From an uncultured delta proteobacterium (GTDB lineage Bacteria > Desulfobacterota > RBG-13-43-22), in contig CAVQFQ010000021.1 of NCBI GenBank assembly GCA_963711835.1, positions 32,001-96,000 of the forward strand: a stretch of 64,000 nucleotides of DNA. The letters run 5' to 3'. Numbering within the stretch: position 1 is the first letter of the stretch; every line of letters starts with the position of its first letter. The translations under genes and the position numbers were made by a program. The notes beneath the pieces were generated by a model, which saw only the letters and a list, made by a program, of their open reading frames with translations, was not told the origin of the DNA and ran no database searches. Positions 55,838 through 64,000 of this stretch are shown here, piece by piece.

Positions 55838-56986
55838 CTATAGGAGATCTTTTATATGCTTCGAGACGGCTTTAAGGGGAATGACAGAGATTTTGGCGTC
55901 AAGGATATACTCCTGATGACCGGGATAAACAACCCACAAATGCTCCAGACCCAAATCCTGGATGGCTGTATTCATGGAGCGGGTTCGGCCGGGGGCATCG
56001 GCGTATTTAAACTCGAACCCATAATTTTTTCCGGCCCATCCGATTAACAGGTCGAGCTCGGCGCCGGCATGGGTGGCCCAGAAATAGGTCTCTTGCTTCT
56101 GGAGCACTCCGATAACCTGCTCCAGGGCAAAACCCTCCCAGGATGAACCCACCTTCGGATGGCCTTGCAGGCCTGCCAAGTCAGGTATTTGAAGCAAGGC
56201 GTGCAATATCCCGCTGTCCCGGATATAAATCTTAGGGGACTTAATCTGGCGTTTCCGAAGATTTTCAAACCAGGGGGGGAGGATCCTGACCATATAGGCC
56301 CCAACCAGAATATCAAGATAGCGCCGGGCCGTATTCTCTGAGGTCCCCAGCGACCTGGCAAGCTGGGACGCATTCCAAACTTGTCCATGATAGTGGGCGA
56401 TCATGGTCCAAAAGCGTCTCAGGGTCTCGGATGGAATCGTAATCCCCAGTTGTGGGATGTCCCGCTCAAGAAAGGTGCGCATGAAGTCTTCCCGCCAGCT
56501 CAGACTGGCGGAATCGTCAAAGGCCAGGAAGGATCTCGGAAAACCGCCGCGGATCCAAAGGCTGTTTTGTTGCTCTCCCCCGACCTCCAAGAGATTAAAC
56601 CCGGAAAGATCGACAAAACCAATACGCCCGGCCAGGGACTCCGATACCCCCTTGATCAATCCGGGAGAGGCGGATCCCAGGAGAAGGAATCGAGCCGGAC
56701 TTTGAGGCCGGTCCACAAGAACCCGCAACAATTCGAACAGGTCAGGCCGCCGTTGAACCTCATCGATGACCACCAGTCCGGATAGATCTTCCAGTACACT
56801 CATAGGAGCGGATAGCCGTCGCAAATCTACCGGATTTTCCAAATCGAAATAGGTACAGGGTACCTTTTCGGCAAACATTCTGGCCAGCGTTGTCTTGCCG
56901 CACTGGCGGGGGCCTAAAAGGGCGGCCATCGGATGGACATGGAAGGCATTATCAATTCGTTTAAGCGCGTCAGGTCGTGGGATCAT
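55838..56986 (-). CDS. AAA_14 ATPase with DUF4143 domain
   Basis: GPRQCGKTT, IDEVQ, LGSAS..SESLAGR, RGGFP, KSPKIYIRDSG, GSSWEGF, AELDL; probable leaderless promoter TTGACA-16-TAAGAT-7nt-ATG. Confidence 0.92.
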   Translation of the reverse strand: MIPRPDALKRIDNAFHVHPMAALLGPRQCGKTTLARMFAEKVPCTYFDLENPVDLRRLSAPMSVLEDLSGLVVIDEVQRRPDLFELLRVLVDRPQSPARFLLLGSASPGLIKGVSESLAGRIGFVDLSGFNLLEVGGEQQNSLWIRGGFPRSFLAFDDSASLSWREDFMRTFLERDIPQLGITIPSETLRRFWTMIAHYHGQVWNASQLARSLGTSENTARRYLDILVGAYMVRILPPWFENLRKRQIKSPKIYIRDSGILHALLQIPDLAGLQGHPKVGSSWEGFALEQVIGVLQKQETYFWATHAGAELDLLIGWAGKNYGFEFKYADAPGRTRSMNTAIQDLGLEHLWVVYPGHQEYILDAKISVIPLKAVSKHIKDLL

Positions 56987-57175
56987 AGGTCCTATCTTAA
57001 CATTGAAAATCGTAATGTCAAGTGAGGATTTTCAAGGATTATCATTAGAAGGATCGTCCGCCGGAGCGGGCTTGAAGCATAATAACTCATAGCTCATAGC
57101 AAGAAAACCGTAAGGGGTGAGGGCGCAAGGGGGGGGAAGACGTTCGGCGTTCAGCGTTCGGCGATAAGGGGCTCA

Positions 57176-57224
57176 GGATTCAGAGTTCAGGGTTCAGCGG
57201 AAAGGCAAGGTCATAAAAAGACAG
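57176..57224 (+). repeat. 49-bp perfect direct repeat, copy 2
   Basis: Identical to 54877-54925. Confidence 0.9.
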
Positions 57225-57286
57225 AGGGAGAGAAGACGTTCGGCGTTCAGAGAGAGAACAATAACAGAAAAGATCGGCTATTGACC

Positions 57287-57517
57287 TTATAACTCTGCCA
57301 ATAACCCAAAATACTCATCCCGAGTTAATCCTGCGGTTCGTAGATTGTTCTTAATGATAAACACCGGTACTTCTTTCCAGTCAGGGATGACTACCGGCCT
57401 TGGGACCCCTTCCTTGGTATAAACGAAATGGTCCCCTTCTATTCTCACACATCGGAATCCGGCCTTTTCAAATACCCTTTTAAGACGCTCTGGGGGTATC
57501 GGAGAGATTTTGGGCAT
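57287..57517 (-). CDS. hicA: HicA family toxin
   Basis: VFEKAGFRCVRIEGDHFVYTK..PVVIP..IIKNNLRTAGLT. Confidence 0.9.
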   Translation of the reverse strand: MPKISPIPPERLKRVFEKAGFRCVRIEGDHFVYTKEGVPRPVVIPDWKEVPVFIIKNNLRTAGLTRDEYFGLLAEL

Positions 57518-57518
57518 T

Positions 57519-57785
57519 TTAATAGGCGCTTACCAATTCAGTAGCCACGAGCTTGGGGGGTATCCAGCGTCCAGCAGGGTCTTTCTTGTATCTTGATTCA
57601 TCCAGAATATCTTCAAGGGTCCCCATTTTTTCTGCCTCTTCGACAAAAAGCCTTACCGCGGTTTTCAGCATTTCTTTGGCCTGTTGAATATCCTGGCCGC
57701 AGCTTGAAATATCGAGTTCTGGGCAATAGGCCACGTAAGTATGGTCTTCCTTGAAGACAATGACATCATATTCAATAGGTATCAT
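57519..57785 (-). CDS. hicB: HicB family antitoxin (short form)
   Basis: VIVFKEDHTYVAYCPELDISSCGQDIQQAKEMLKTAV. Confidence 0.88.
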   Translation of the reverse strand: MIPIEYDVIVFKEDHTYVAYCPELDISSCGQDIQQAKEMLKTAVRLFVEEAEKMGTLEDILDESRYKKDPAGRWIPPKLVATELVSAY

Positions 57786-58147
57786 CTTTCCCCCCGTTAA
57801 TTTTAACCGATTTTTTTGGTAGTCGGGATGATTACTAAGTTCAAATATGGATTATTTTATCAGAAAACAGAATAAAAAGCTAAAAAATAAGATAAAAGCA
57901 AAGGGAGGAAGTCAAGGGAAAAAGCATAGGGCATGGGGGATGAAGGAAAGCTCGTAGCTGATAGCTCATAGCTCAAAAAAAACCGTAAGGGGTTATGGCG
58001 CAAGGCGAGGAAGGCTCTTCAGCTGATAGCTCAAGGCTCATGGCAAGATAACCGCGAGGCGGCAGAAGCAAGGCGTAATGGGAGCGGAAAGACATTCGGA
58101 GTTTGAGGAGGACAAAAGGCAAAATAATTTGGCAAAGATACTTTAAT

Positions 58148-58318
58148 TTAACTATCGGTTTCCGTGTTAATCCCCAAATGAAAGCGATGCAGCATTCGAT
58201 GGGCAAAGGGAGCAAGCAGCACGGCCATCACGCCGATAAAAACCAAACCGGAAAAAAGTGCGTAGGCCGAAGCAAAAAGCTTACCGCCCGTGGTATTCAT
58301 AGCATTGACCGGACCCAT
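58148..58318 (-). pseudogene. C-terminal half of a small membrane protein (K+-channel-pore-like hypothetical family)
   Basis: MGPVNAMNTTGGKLFASAYALFSGLVFIGVMAVLLAPFAHRMLHRFHL; the N-terminal TM helix is missing. Confidence 0.55.
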
Positions 58319-58384
58319 AAAAAAGGTTTGTGGCGGCCGACCAGCAGCCGGGTCGGACCAGTTTTCTCCAATCTGGGTCAAACC

Positions 58385-60163
58385 TTACCGGTCGCTTTTC
58401 ACCGCATTATTAAACTGCAACTGATAGAGCCGATAATAATAGCCTTTTTTCTTCATCAGCTCTTCATGGGAACCGTCCTCCTTCAGCCGGCCCTCGTGGA
58501 TGACCAGGATGCGGCTGGCCTGTCTCAAAGTGAAAAGACGGTGGGCGATGATGAGCGAGGTCCGGCCGGCCAGCAATTTTTTGATGGATTCCTGCACCAG
58601 GGCCTCGGATTCGGCATCCACCTGGGAAGTGGCCTCGTCCAGGACCAGAATGGCCGGGTCGCGGACCATCACCCGGGCCAGGGCCACCAACTGCTGTTCC
58701 CCGGCCGAGAGGGCGTCGGCGGATCGATTTTGGATTTTCCTTAAAGGCCAGCCCGCCGGGAGCCTCCCCATCAGGTTCTCCCAGTCCGGTCCGGAAACCT
58801 CCTGCCCCTGGAAAAGGATATTTTCCTTGAGATCCCCGGTAAAAAGAAAGATCTCCTGGGGGACCAGTCCGATGATGGTCCGCAGGACCTTCCGGGGAAG
58901 GGTTCGGATATCCCGGCCGTCGATCCGGATCGCGCCCTTCTGAGGCTGGTAGAACCCTTCCAGGAGCTGGATCAGGGTGCTCTTTCCCGCACCGGTCATG
59001 CCCACGATGGCCACTACTTCTCCGGCGCGAATCGTAAAGGAAAGGTCCCGGAGCACCCAATTCTCCGGCGCATAGGCAAAGCTGACCCGGTCAAAGGTTA
59101 TTTCACCTTTGACCGGAGATGAGCTTTCTTCCTGAAGGGCCGGGGCTTCCTCCTCCGGATGCTCATCAAAGAGGGCGAAGATACGCTCCAGAGAGGCCAT
59201 GGCCGATTGCATGACGCTGTATTTTTCGGTCATCTCCCGGAGGGGCTTAAAGAACATCTGGATATAGGACAAAAAAGCCACCAGGGACCCCAGGCTGAGG
59301 GTCTGCTGGATGACCTGGCCGCCGCCGTACCAGATCAGGAGGGCAATGGCCGCAGCGGAGACGAGCTCCAGCAGGGGCATAAAAAGGGCGAAGACCTGGA
59401 TCTGCTTCATGCCGGCCTGGTAGGCTTTATGATTGACCCCGGCAAAATCCCGGTACCGTTTTTCCTCCCGAACCAGGATCTGGGTCAGGGCCATACCCGG
59501 AATGCTTTCCTGAATGAAGGCATTCACCTGGGAGACCCGGCGCCGCAGGTCCCTGAAGGCGTCCCGGGACTTTTTACTGAAAAGGCGGGCGGTAATAAAA
59601 ATAATGGGAATCAGGGTGAAGGTAACCAGGGCCAGCTTGAGGTCCAGGGTGAGGAGAATGACCAGGATGCCCAGGGCCATCAGAATATCCTTGACCAGGG
59701 TGGCCAGCAGGGACTTGACCATCTCATTCAGATTCTCGATGTCATTGGTGAGCCGGGTCACCAGACGACCGACCGGGTTGTGCTGATAAAAGGGCAAGGG
59801 CAGCGAAAGCAGATGGGCATAGAGTTTGAGCCGCAGGGCATGATTAACCCGCTGCCCCAGCCGCTCCATGATCACCACCTGGAGGTATTGCAGGAAAAAG
59901 CTGATCGTCAGCACCAGCAGCAGCAACAGGGCCAGGAGGCCCAAACCCTTGGCCTCTCCGGCCAGGATGTGGTTGTCGATAACCTGTTTGGTCAGATAAG
60001 GTGGGATCAGATCCAGGATGGTTATACCCAGAGAGAGCAGGAGCCCGACCAGCCACCACTTCCGAAAAGGCCAGAGAAAGGGGAAAATTCTTTTCAACAG
60101 GCCCAGGTCGTAGGGCCGGCCTAACTTTTCCCCTTCGATATAGCCGAAGTCGCCGAAAGGCAT
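58385..60163 (-). CDS. ABC exporter, permease+ATPase (MdlB-like)
   Basis: TM domain; GMTGAGKST, LSAGEQQLV, VLDEATS, IAHRL. Confidence 0.92.
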   Translation of the reverse strand: MPFGDFGYIEGEKLGRPYDLGLLKRIFPFLWPFRKWWLVGLLLSLGITILDLIPPYLTKQVIDNHILAGEAKGLGLLALLLLLVLTISFFLQYLQVVIMERLGQRVNHALRLKLYAHLLSLPLPFYQHNPVGRLVTRLTNDIENLNEMVKSLLATLVKDILMALGILVILLTLDLKLALVTFTLIPIIFITARLFSKKSRDAFRDLRRRVSQVNAFIQESIPGMALTQILVREEKRYRDFAGVNHKAYQAGMKQIQVFALFMPLLELVSAAAIALLIWYGGGQVIQQTLSLGSLVAFLSYIQMFFKPLREMTEKYSVMQSAMASLERIFALFDEHPEEEAPALQEESSSPVKGEITFDRVSFAYAPENWVLRDLSFTIRAGEVVAIVGMTGAGKSTLIQLLEGFYQPQKGAIRIDGRDIRTLPRKVLRTIIGLVPQEIFLFTGDLKENILFQGQEVSGPDWENLMGRLPAGWPLRKIQNRSADALSAGEQQLVALARVMVRDPAILVLDEATSQVDAESEALVQESIKKLLAGRTSLIIAHRLFTLRQASRILVIHEGRLKEDGSHEELMKKKGYYYRLYQLQFNNAVKSDR

Positions 60164-61915
60164 TTAAAAGCTCCCTTGTTTCAATTCCAGTTCTATTCGC
60201 TGCCGGGCGTAAAGACGGGCATACAACCCCTCGGCCTGGATCAACTGCTGGTGGGTCCCGGACTCGCTGATCCGGCCCTCCTCCAGGAGATAGATGCCGT
60301 CCACGCCCTCAAATCCGACCAGGCGATGGGAGATGATGACGGTGATCAGGTCCTTCCGCTGGGTCTGAAGAACCCGCTGGATGGCCCGTTCGGTAGCCAG
60401 GTCCACCGAGGCCAGGGTGTTGTCCAGGATGAGGATGGGCGGGGCATTCAGAAAGGCCCGGGCCAGGGCCAGCCGCTGCTTTTGTCCCCCGGAAAGCAGC
60501 ACCCCTCTTTCGCCGACCACCGTATCCAGACCCTGATCGAACCCCCTGACCTCGGATTCGAAAGAGGCCTGCTGCAGGGCCGCCCATAACTCGGCCTCGG
60601 CGGCCTCCGGGCAGGCAAACAGCAGATTGGCCCGAATGGTGTCGGAGAAAAGAAAAGGTTCCTGGGGAACCAGGGAAACCGTTTTCCGGAGCTGGGCCAG
60701 GGGGATGGTGTGGATTTCATGCCCGCTCAGGAAAAGGGTTTCCGGAGGCGATTCCAGGATCCGGGCCATCAACAGGGCCAGGGTGGTTTTCCCGCAGCCG
60801 GTCCGCCCGGTAATGAGGACCTGCTTCCCGGAAACGAATTGGAAGCTGACTTCCCTGAGAACCGGCTTCCCGGTTCCCGGATAGGCGTAGGTTAACCCTT
60901 CCCCCCGGAAACCGTTTTCTTCAAGCAGTTGCTCTTTAACCCCGGGCCGGTCGGCAATCTCCGGCACCTCCTTCAGGATGCTCTCGATTCGCCCCAGGGA
61001 AACGGCTCCCCTTTTCAGGAGATTGATCACCCAGCCCAGGGCCATCATCGGCCAGGAAAGAAGCCCCAGGTAACTGATGAAAGCCACGAAATCCCCGGCC
61101 GTGATTTCTTTGCTCAAAACCTGTCTCCCTCCCAGCCACAAGACTATGGCCAGGCTCAGGCTGGTCATCAGGGCCGATAAGGGAAATAAGGTCCCGGTGA
61201 TCCGGGCCAGGCTGAGATTCTGGTTCAGGTAGGTCTGGCTTAATTGGGCCAGTCTGGCCTCTTCCCTTTCCTGAAGAGTATAGGCCTTGACTACCGTAAT
61301 TCCGACCAGGCTTTCCCGAACTTTCTCCATAAGTTGGGAAAAGGTGCCCTGCACCTGTTCAAAACGCTGGTGAAGCAGATGGCTGAAGCGTTGGGTCAGG
61401 AAAGCCACCAGCGGCATGGGCAGGAGGGATATCAGGGTCAGCTTGACATTGATGTAGATCATGAAGCCGATGGCCGCCGAGCCTAAGATCAAAGAATCCA
61501 CCAGGGAGACCAGGCCCATGCCCAGGGCCATGCGGACCGCTTCCATATCGTTGGTGGCCCGGGCCATGATGTCCCCGATAGGGGTCCGGAAAAAGAAGGA
61601 CTGGGACAGGGTCAACAGGTGGCCGAATATCCGGTTCCGGAGGGCCTCTTCGATCCTCCGGGCCTGGCCGAAGATGAGACGGCGCCAGATCATTCGCAAA
61701 CCGAAGATCAGAAAGGCGGTGCCGATGATCAGGGCCACGGTTTTCAGCAGGGTGCCCGGCAGGGCCCGGCCGCCGGTTAAGGCATCCACGGCCCCCTTGA
61801 TATAACGGGGGATCAACAGTTGAAGAAAATCCACCAGCAGCAGGAGGAGGATCCCGATGGAAAGGGGAAAAATTCCTTGGCGGAGATAAGGCAGCAGGAA
61901 GCGATAGGCGGTCAT
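60164..61915 (-). CDS. ABC exporter, permease+ATPase (MdlA-like)
   Basis: TM domain; GRTGCGKTT, LSGGQKQRLALAR, ILDN, ISHR. Confidence 0.92.
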   Translation of the reverse strand: MTAYRFLLPYLRQGIFPLSIGILLLLLVDFLQLLIPRYIKGAVDALTGGRALPGTLLKTVALIIGTAFLIFGLRMIWRRLIFGQARRIEEALRNRIFGHLLTLSQSFFFRTPIGDIMARATNDMEAVRMALGMGLVSLVDSLILGSAAIGFMIYINVKLTLISLLPMPLVAFLTQRFSHLLHQRFEQVQGTFSQLMEKVRESLVGITVVKAYTLQEREEARLAQLSQTYLNQNLSLARITGTLFPLSALMTSLSLAIVLWLGGRQVLSKEITAGDFVAFISYLGLLSWPMMALGWVINLLKRGAVSLGRIESILKEVPEIADRPGVKEQLLEENGFRGEGLTYAYPGTGKPVLREVSFQFVSGKQVLITGRTGCGKTTLALLMARILESPPETLFLSGHEIHTIPLAQLRKTVSLVPQEPFLFSDTIRANLLFACPEAAEAELWAALQQASFESEVRGFDQGLDTVVGERGVLLSGGQKQRLALARAFLNAPPILILDNTLASVDLATERAIQRVLQTQRKDLITVIISHRLVGFEGVDGIYLLEEGRISESGTHQQLIQAEGLYARLYARQRIELELKQGSF

Positions 61916-61928
61916 ACGGAAAAGGCTT

Positions 61929-63293
61929 CTATTGTTTCAGGATGATCGGGAGAAACAGGTGAAAACCGAAATTTACTATTTGGCTTTTCTCTTCCACGGT
62001 CAGACATTGCAGGGCCTTCTGGGGAAGATTCATTAGATAATCGGCTTGGGCCGCAGCGGCCGCCTTGGAGGCCTGGCCGGTAACAAAATGCATGACCATG
62101 GCCGTCTGGCCGGGGTCCAATCCGAAGCTATATTCCCAGAAGGGTTCGTCGTTGCCGTTGATAAAAGAAAGGGTACTTATTCCAATTTTCCCTCCCGGGC
62201 CTGAGAACACATGGGCCAGGCGCGGATCAGGGGAGATACCGGCCGTGTAGTTTTCCATGGTGCCCACCCAGTGATCGGTCAATTCCGGGATAAGGTCCCC
62301 GTCGGAAGTAGCGAATAGGATGGTGTCGCCGTCCGAACCCAGGTTATTCGATGTTTTTAGAGTAACCGTTTCACTGGCCGTACCGATATTTTTAACAATC
62401 TCCAGGTGGCGGGCAAAGGCGTCATTATCAGGGATAAATACTTTGCGATAGACTTCAAAATTACCTATGGTTTTTTTCGGATAGACCACCTGGCGGTTTA
62501 TTCCTGAGACCGGTCCCTGGCATTCGGTAAGAGCAGCTCCGTTATTATTATAAACGACTCCGTTTACCATCAGCCCCCCGTAGCCGTCAAAGGCATCGCT
62601 CAGGACCGTAGCCACCGTACCCCCGGCGGCAGTAGTGGCATTAACGGCCCGGGTAAAAGTGGCAGCAGCAATAGCTCCGCTGGCCGAACTGGTCGTTGCA
62701 CTGGTCACATTGGTATTGACCAGCCACATCAATCCGGCGGCATCCACTAATTGCCTTTCGCCGGCACCAATAATAAAACCATCTCCGCTGATCTGCCTTG
62801 AGTTCAAGGTATAGGATCCATCCCGGGTGGGGGCCTTTCGTTTTAAAGGCTTGGCTAAGGAGGCCCCTTTGTTGAAACCGGCCCGCATTTTTAAACCCCT
62901 TCTCCCAAATCCATCTCCCTGGATATCGGCTGAGGGCACAATGATCCCCTCGGAAAAATCGGGTAGATTTTTTGAGGCCCCTCTGGCTGCCTCTTCTCCA
63001 GCGGCTGAGCTGGAACTGATGACTGCCTGGTGAAGAACCGGCCCGCTTATAGGGCTGGCGACTGAGGGTCCGCCGGCAACCGGTCCGGAGAAAGCCGCTC
63101 CGGCCTGGGGGATTGAAAAAAAGCCGCTAACGGCCAGGATCATCCATCTCTTTACCAGGCGGGAGCCGGCCGGCTCGGCCTGCCAATCCAAAGGGCCGTC
63201 CGTTATCCGGACCTCATTCTTTAAGATACGTCCGAGATCGGCCAAATCATTCTCCGCATCGGAGAAAGATCTTAGAAAGTCGCTTCCTTTCAC
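61929..63293 (-). CDS. Secreted beta-rich protein with C-terminal FLPIILKQ motif
   Basis: Ala/Thr-rich; DAFDGYG, VYRKVFIP..FARHLE..N, NNLGSD, LDPGQTAMVMHF. Confidence 0.7.
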   Translation of the reverse strand: MKGSDFLRSFSDAENDLADLGRILKNEVRITDGPLDWQAEPAGSRLVKRWMILAVSGFFSIPQAGAAFSGPVAGGPSVASPISGPVLHQAVISSSSAAGEEAARGASKNLPDFSEGIIVPSADIQGDGFGRRGLKMRAGFNKGASLAKPLKRKAPTRDGSYTLNSRQISGDGFIIGAGERQLVDAAGLMWLVNTNVTSATTSSASGAIAAATFTRAVNATTAAGGTVATVLSDAFDGYGGLMVNGVVYNNNGAALTECQGPVSGINRQVVYPKKTIGNFEVYRKVFIPDNDAFARHLEIVKNIGTASETVTLKTSNNLGSDGDTILFATSDGDLIPELTDHWVGTMENYTAGISPDPRLAHVFSGPGGKIGISTLSFINGNDEPFWEYSFGLDPGQTAMVMHFVTGQASKAAAAAQADYLMNLPQKALQCLTVEEKSQIVNFGFHLFLPIILKQ

Positions 63294-63323
63294 CTGCCCC
63301 CCTTATATGGCTGCCTTCTGCTT

Positions 63324-64000
63324 TTATTGCTCCGGGAAGAGCCTGCCGTACGGCCCGATCGTAACCATCTGCTGGATTTCTTCCGTTTCAAAGCCGATGG
63401 CCCTGGCCCGTCTCACTCCCGGCAGAACCACCACGTCATAAATCTCACCTTCAACCCCTTCGAGGCTTAGCCAGTGGACCAGGTCACCGGAGCGCAGGTC
63501 AAACACAAAAAGCCCCCGGTGGAGGACGGCGCCGTGTTGTTTGATATTTTCTTCCAGGGGTAATCCGGAAAAGAAATTGCTGTGACGGGGCTTGGAAGAC
63601 CCGACCACCGCAAATTCCCCGCTGAAATCCAGTCCTCTTAAAAATCCCGGGGCAAAAGCCAGGGGTTCGAAACAACCTTTCCCGAGATCCACCCGTCCGA
63701 AATGGCCTGTTCCGGAATGGGTTATCCAGAGGTTACCGTTATGAAAGGTGGGCGAATGGGGCATACAGAGGCCGGAGAGGATGACTTCATTGGAGGCCAC
63801 ATCCAGGATGCTCCCTCCTTCCAGCTTTTCATCCCGCCAGCCTTCTGCGGTTTGGGTCCGGCTGAAGCAGGTTACAAAAGCCGGGCGTCCATCCTTCATG
63901 GCCAGGCCGTTCAGGTGGCAGGGATCAGCGGGTTGGAGGTCTTTGATAAACGGCGGCTTCCAGAAAGGGATAAAATTATCCACTTCACTGGCAGCGGCCA
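63324..64000 (-). CDS. TIGR03032/DUF4915 family protein (5'-truncated by window edge)
   Basis: FIPFWKPPFI..DPCHLNGLAM.DGRP, GLCMPHSP, PGFLRGL, EIYDVVVLPGV; frame open to the window edge. Confidence 0.85.
   Translation of the reverse strand, partial: AAASEVDNFIPFWKPPFIKDLQPADPCHLNGLAMKDGRPAFVTCFSRTQTAEGWRDEKLEGGSILDVASNEVILSGLCMPHSPTFHNGNLWITHSGTGHFGRVDLGKGCFEPLAFAPGFLRGLDFSGEFAVVGSSKPRHSNFFSGLPLEENIKQHGAVLHRGLFVFDLRSGDLVHWLSLEGVEGEIYDVVVLPGVRRARAIGFETEEIQQMVTIGPYGRLFPEQ

Noticed and set aside
54828-58040. CRISPR array or classical integron
   Set aside because: Repeats are irregular and separated by whole genes; no cas or intI gene and no recognisable attC core-site symmetry.

Overview
The window looks like a chromosomal segment of an anaerobic deltaproteobacterium (Desulfobacterota-like; inferred from gene content). 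1-8.4 kb is housekeeping: ferredoxin, comEA, a PPi-type pfk, tsaD, rsmA, an MFS transporter and an M24 peptidase, plus a 220-bp structured inverted-repeat element. 8.6-18.8 kb is a TetR-headed operon. It joins an atypical Old-Yellow-Enzyme (OYE) reductase, whose substrate-binding His pair and NAD(P)H-binding loop are both altered, to two ferredoxins, a V4R-like protein, a VOC protein and a split HdrA/HdrA-MvhD/HdrC-GltD electron-bifurcation module. This operon is the best candidate for an undescribed system. 22.9-28.5 kb is a type IV minor pilin cluster ending in an FG-GAP adhesin. 28.8-30.9 kb is a DsrM/K-like (TmcC/B) pair with a hidden selenocysteine. 31-44.5 kb is a C1/folate block: fhs, HdrL, Sec-MvhD, metV, metF, nfnAB, folE2 and a truncated purH. 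44.5-58.4 kb is an accessory island with three toxin-antitoxin pairs, a Y1/RAYT transposase bounded by 27-bp inverted repeats, gene remnants, a duplicated promoter/leader element and direct-repeat-bounded cassettes. The end holds two ABC exporters, a secreted protein and a partial TIGR03032 gene. Several single-base frameshifts (tsaD, fhs, yafQ, RAYT) may be assembly errors. No rRNA, tRNA or CRISPR array was seen. Family assignments come from motif recognition, not database searches.
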